Source of the DNA: Bigelowiella natans CCMP2755
Lineage: Eukaryota > Protista > Cercozoa
Length of the DNA: 48,442 nucleotides
Assembly: GCA_000320545.1 (NCBI GenBank)
Contig: ADNK01002292.1
Location: 1-48,442, forward strand
Direction: 5' to 3'
Positions 47,000-48,442 of the stretch are shown here, piece by piece. The translations under genes and the position numbers were made by a program. Within the stretch, counting starts at the first letter, position 1; each line of letters begins with the position of its first letter. Under the pieces are notes generated by a model that was given only the letters and a program-made list of their open reading frames with translations, was not told the DNA's origin and did not search any database.

Positions 47000-47900
47000 A
47001 GAAACAACATAGAAAGGAAAGCGCACACAAATAATGCATGTGGCGTGAGATACCGCTTACATAATCCATAATCTACTCGTTCTTGACGCAAATGAAACGA
47101 AGGGCTACACATAGCTAAAAATGTGGTGCATGAACGCATGTACTGATTGTAGCAAATGAGCACAGATGTAACTGTATTTGCATATTTGCAATGTGTACTT
47201 GTGCATTTGCACATGTCATTGGTACTGAAATTTAAACTTGATAAAAGCTGATTAACAACTAGGCAAGCAAGATCGGTCAAGTGGAAGAAGTTGTATGTTC
47301 GATTCTGACATTTGTAAGCTCAACTGCTCTAGCTAGCTAGCTAGCTAGCTATAGCTAGGGCTCTAACGCTGTGAGCCAGCACGTGTTCGTCATCCTTGCT
47401 GGCGCGTGCTAGCGTGCGCGTGCGCGATGACTATACTAGTATAGTGTGTGCCCATTCTAGCATGAAAAAGTGCATCGCGTGAGCACATCTAGGTTGCACA
47501 CGCTAGCACGTTCGTGTGCATGCGAGCATGCTAGCATGTCTAGCTAGCTAGGTGTCTAAATCTTGAGATCTAGAGATGTGTGCATGTCAAGATGTGTGTT
47601 TGTTTGTGTGTGTGTAGCTGCCACAGGCGCATCGAAATGACAAGCAAACGTCTAGGTCACACGATGTGTTAGACATGCACATGCAACTAGCTAGCGTAAG
47701 ACAAGAATGCTTCGACACACAGGCGTACATCTAGACATGCACATCTAGATGTGGATTCATGCGTGTGCGCGATGTACAAATGTGCTCGATTCAACAAGCG
47801 CACATCATCTAGATCATCAACACATTGCACATGTTAGGTATCATTTTTGATACACTACAACGATCGTGTCATGCGCCATTCCAAAGTATGACTGATTCTA
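47000..47900. mobile_element. CTAG/CATG-rich intergenic block including a (CTAG)n run at about 47330-47357; probable degenerate repeat
   Basis: Direct reading shows ctagctagctagctagctagctatagctag and many CATG/TGCA words; no ORF. Confidence 0.4.
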
Positions 47901-48038
47901 CATTATTAAATAAGGAAATAAGTATTCCTGCCGTGTTACGACTTTTTCCGAGTCTCATCTCCCTGACACTTTCTTTCATGCAATTCCTTCAAAGGAACCA
48001 TGTGAAACAAATGACGCATTGTTGGCCGTCCTGCGAAA

Positions 48039-48039
<1 letters not shown>

Positions 48040-48069
<30 letters not shown>
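48040..48069. repeat. (TA)n microsatellite
   Basis: Direct reading of the sequence. Confidence 0.95.
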
Positions 48070-48074
<5 letters not shown>

Positions 48075-48391
48075 CATATTTATCCAAGCGAAGGCGGAGT
48101 AGCGTCAGGAACAATGCACACAAAAATACACGCACATGTTCACATAAACGTGCCTTCCCTGGAATTACAATCATACTAGCACTAGCGAAAGGGCGAAATC
48201 ATAGCCAACATATTTTACCGATAATGCTACCACTATGTATAAATTCGCACAACTACTACTACTGCTGCTACTGCTGCTACTACTAGTAGTAATAGTAGTA
48301 GTACCGTGAGGGCAATTCCAAGGCTGATCCATCGTGCCTAGAACCGTATAGCGTATCAGATGTTTGTTGTTCCCTCAAGGGCATGCAGCAC

Positions 48392-48442
48392 CACACACAC
48401 ACACACACACACACACGAGAGAGAGAGAGAGAGAGAGAGAGA
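48392..48442. repeat. (CA)n(GA)n compound microsatellite at the window end
   Basis: Direct reading of the sequence. Confidence 0.95.

Noticed and set aside
1-48442. rRNA, tRNA, telomeric arrays, spliced-leader genes, prokaryotic operons or viral insertions
   Set aside because: No recognisable signatures by eye. A tRNAscan-SE/Infernal run would be needed to exclude small ncRNAs formally.

Overview
This is eukaryotic (protist-type) nuclear DNA with GT-AG spliceosomal introns, many only 34-60 nt long, and abundant microsatellites. I saw no rRNA, tRNA, CRISPR array or intact transposon. The style fits a SAR-group alga or protist such as a chlorarachniophyte, but the taxon cannot be established from sequence alone. 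Splicing exons by hand gives about nine genes: (1) an HPS5/TECPR2-like WD40 protein (minus strand, running off the left edge); (2) a PX-domain module that appears to splice into (3) a TRF4/plant-NTP-type terminal nucleotidyltransferase with an OST-HTH/LOTUS-like domain; (4) a 6-TM Frag1/DRAM-like domain fused to a heme-thiolate peroxidase-like domain; (5) an unknown multipass membrane protein; (6) a type I membrane mucin with a LamG-like domain; (7) a gene with about 35 introns encoding SAM, a Zn-finger-like motif, a CHAT caspase-like protease with intact His/Cys, an NB-ARC/STAND NTPase with degenerate Walker motifs, and a STAT-type linker plus SH2; (8) a membrane-anchored ApaH/Ppn2-like phosphoesterase; (9) a GPCR-like protein; and an intronless receptor-like membrane protein. 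The best candidate for an undescribed system is gene 7, an NLR-like protease switch with an SH2 module in the sensor position; the ORF track hides it because introns split its motifs. The intergenic blocks are very rich in CTAG and poor in CpG, suggesting hypermutated repeat relics. All domain calls come from motif recognition by eye, not database searches, and some exon boundaries are approximate.
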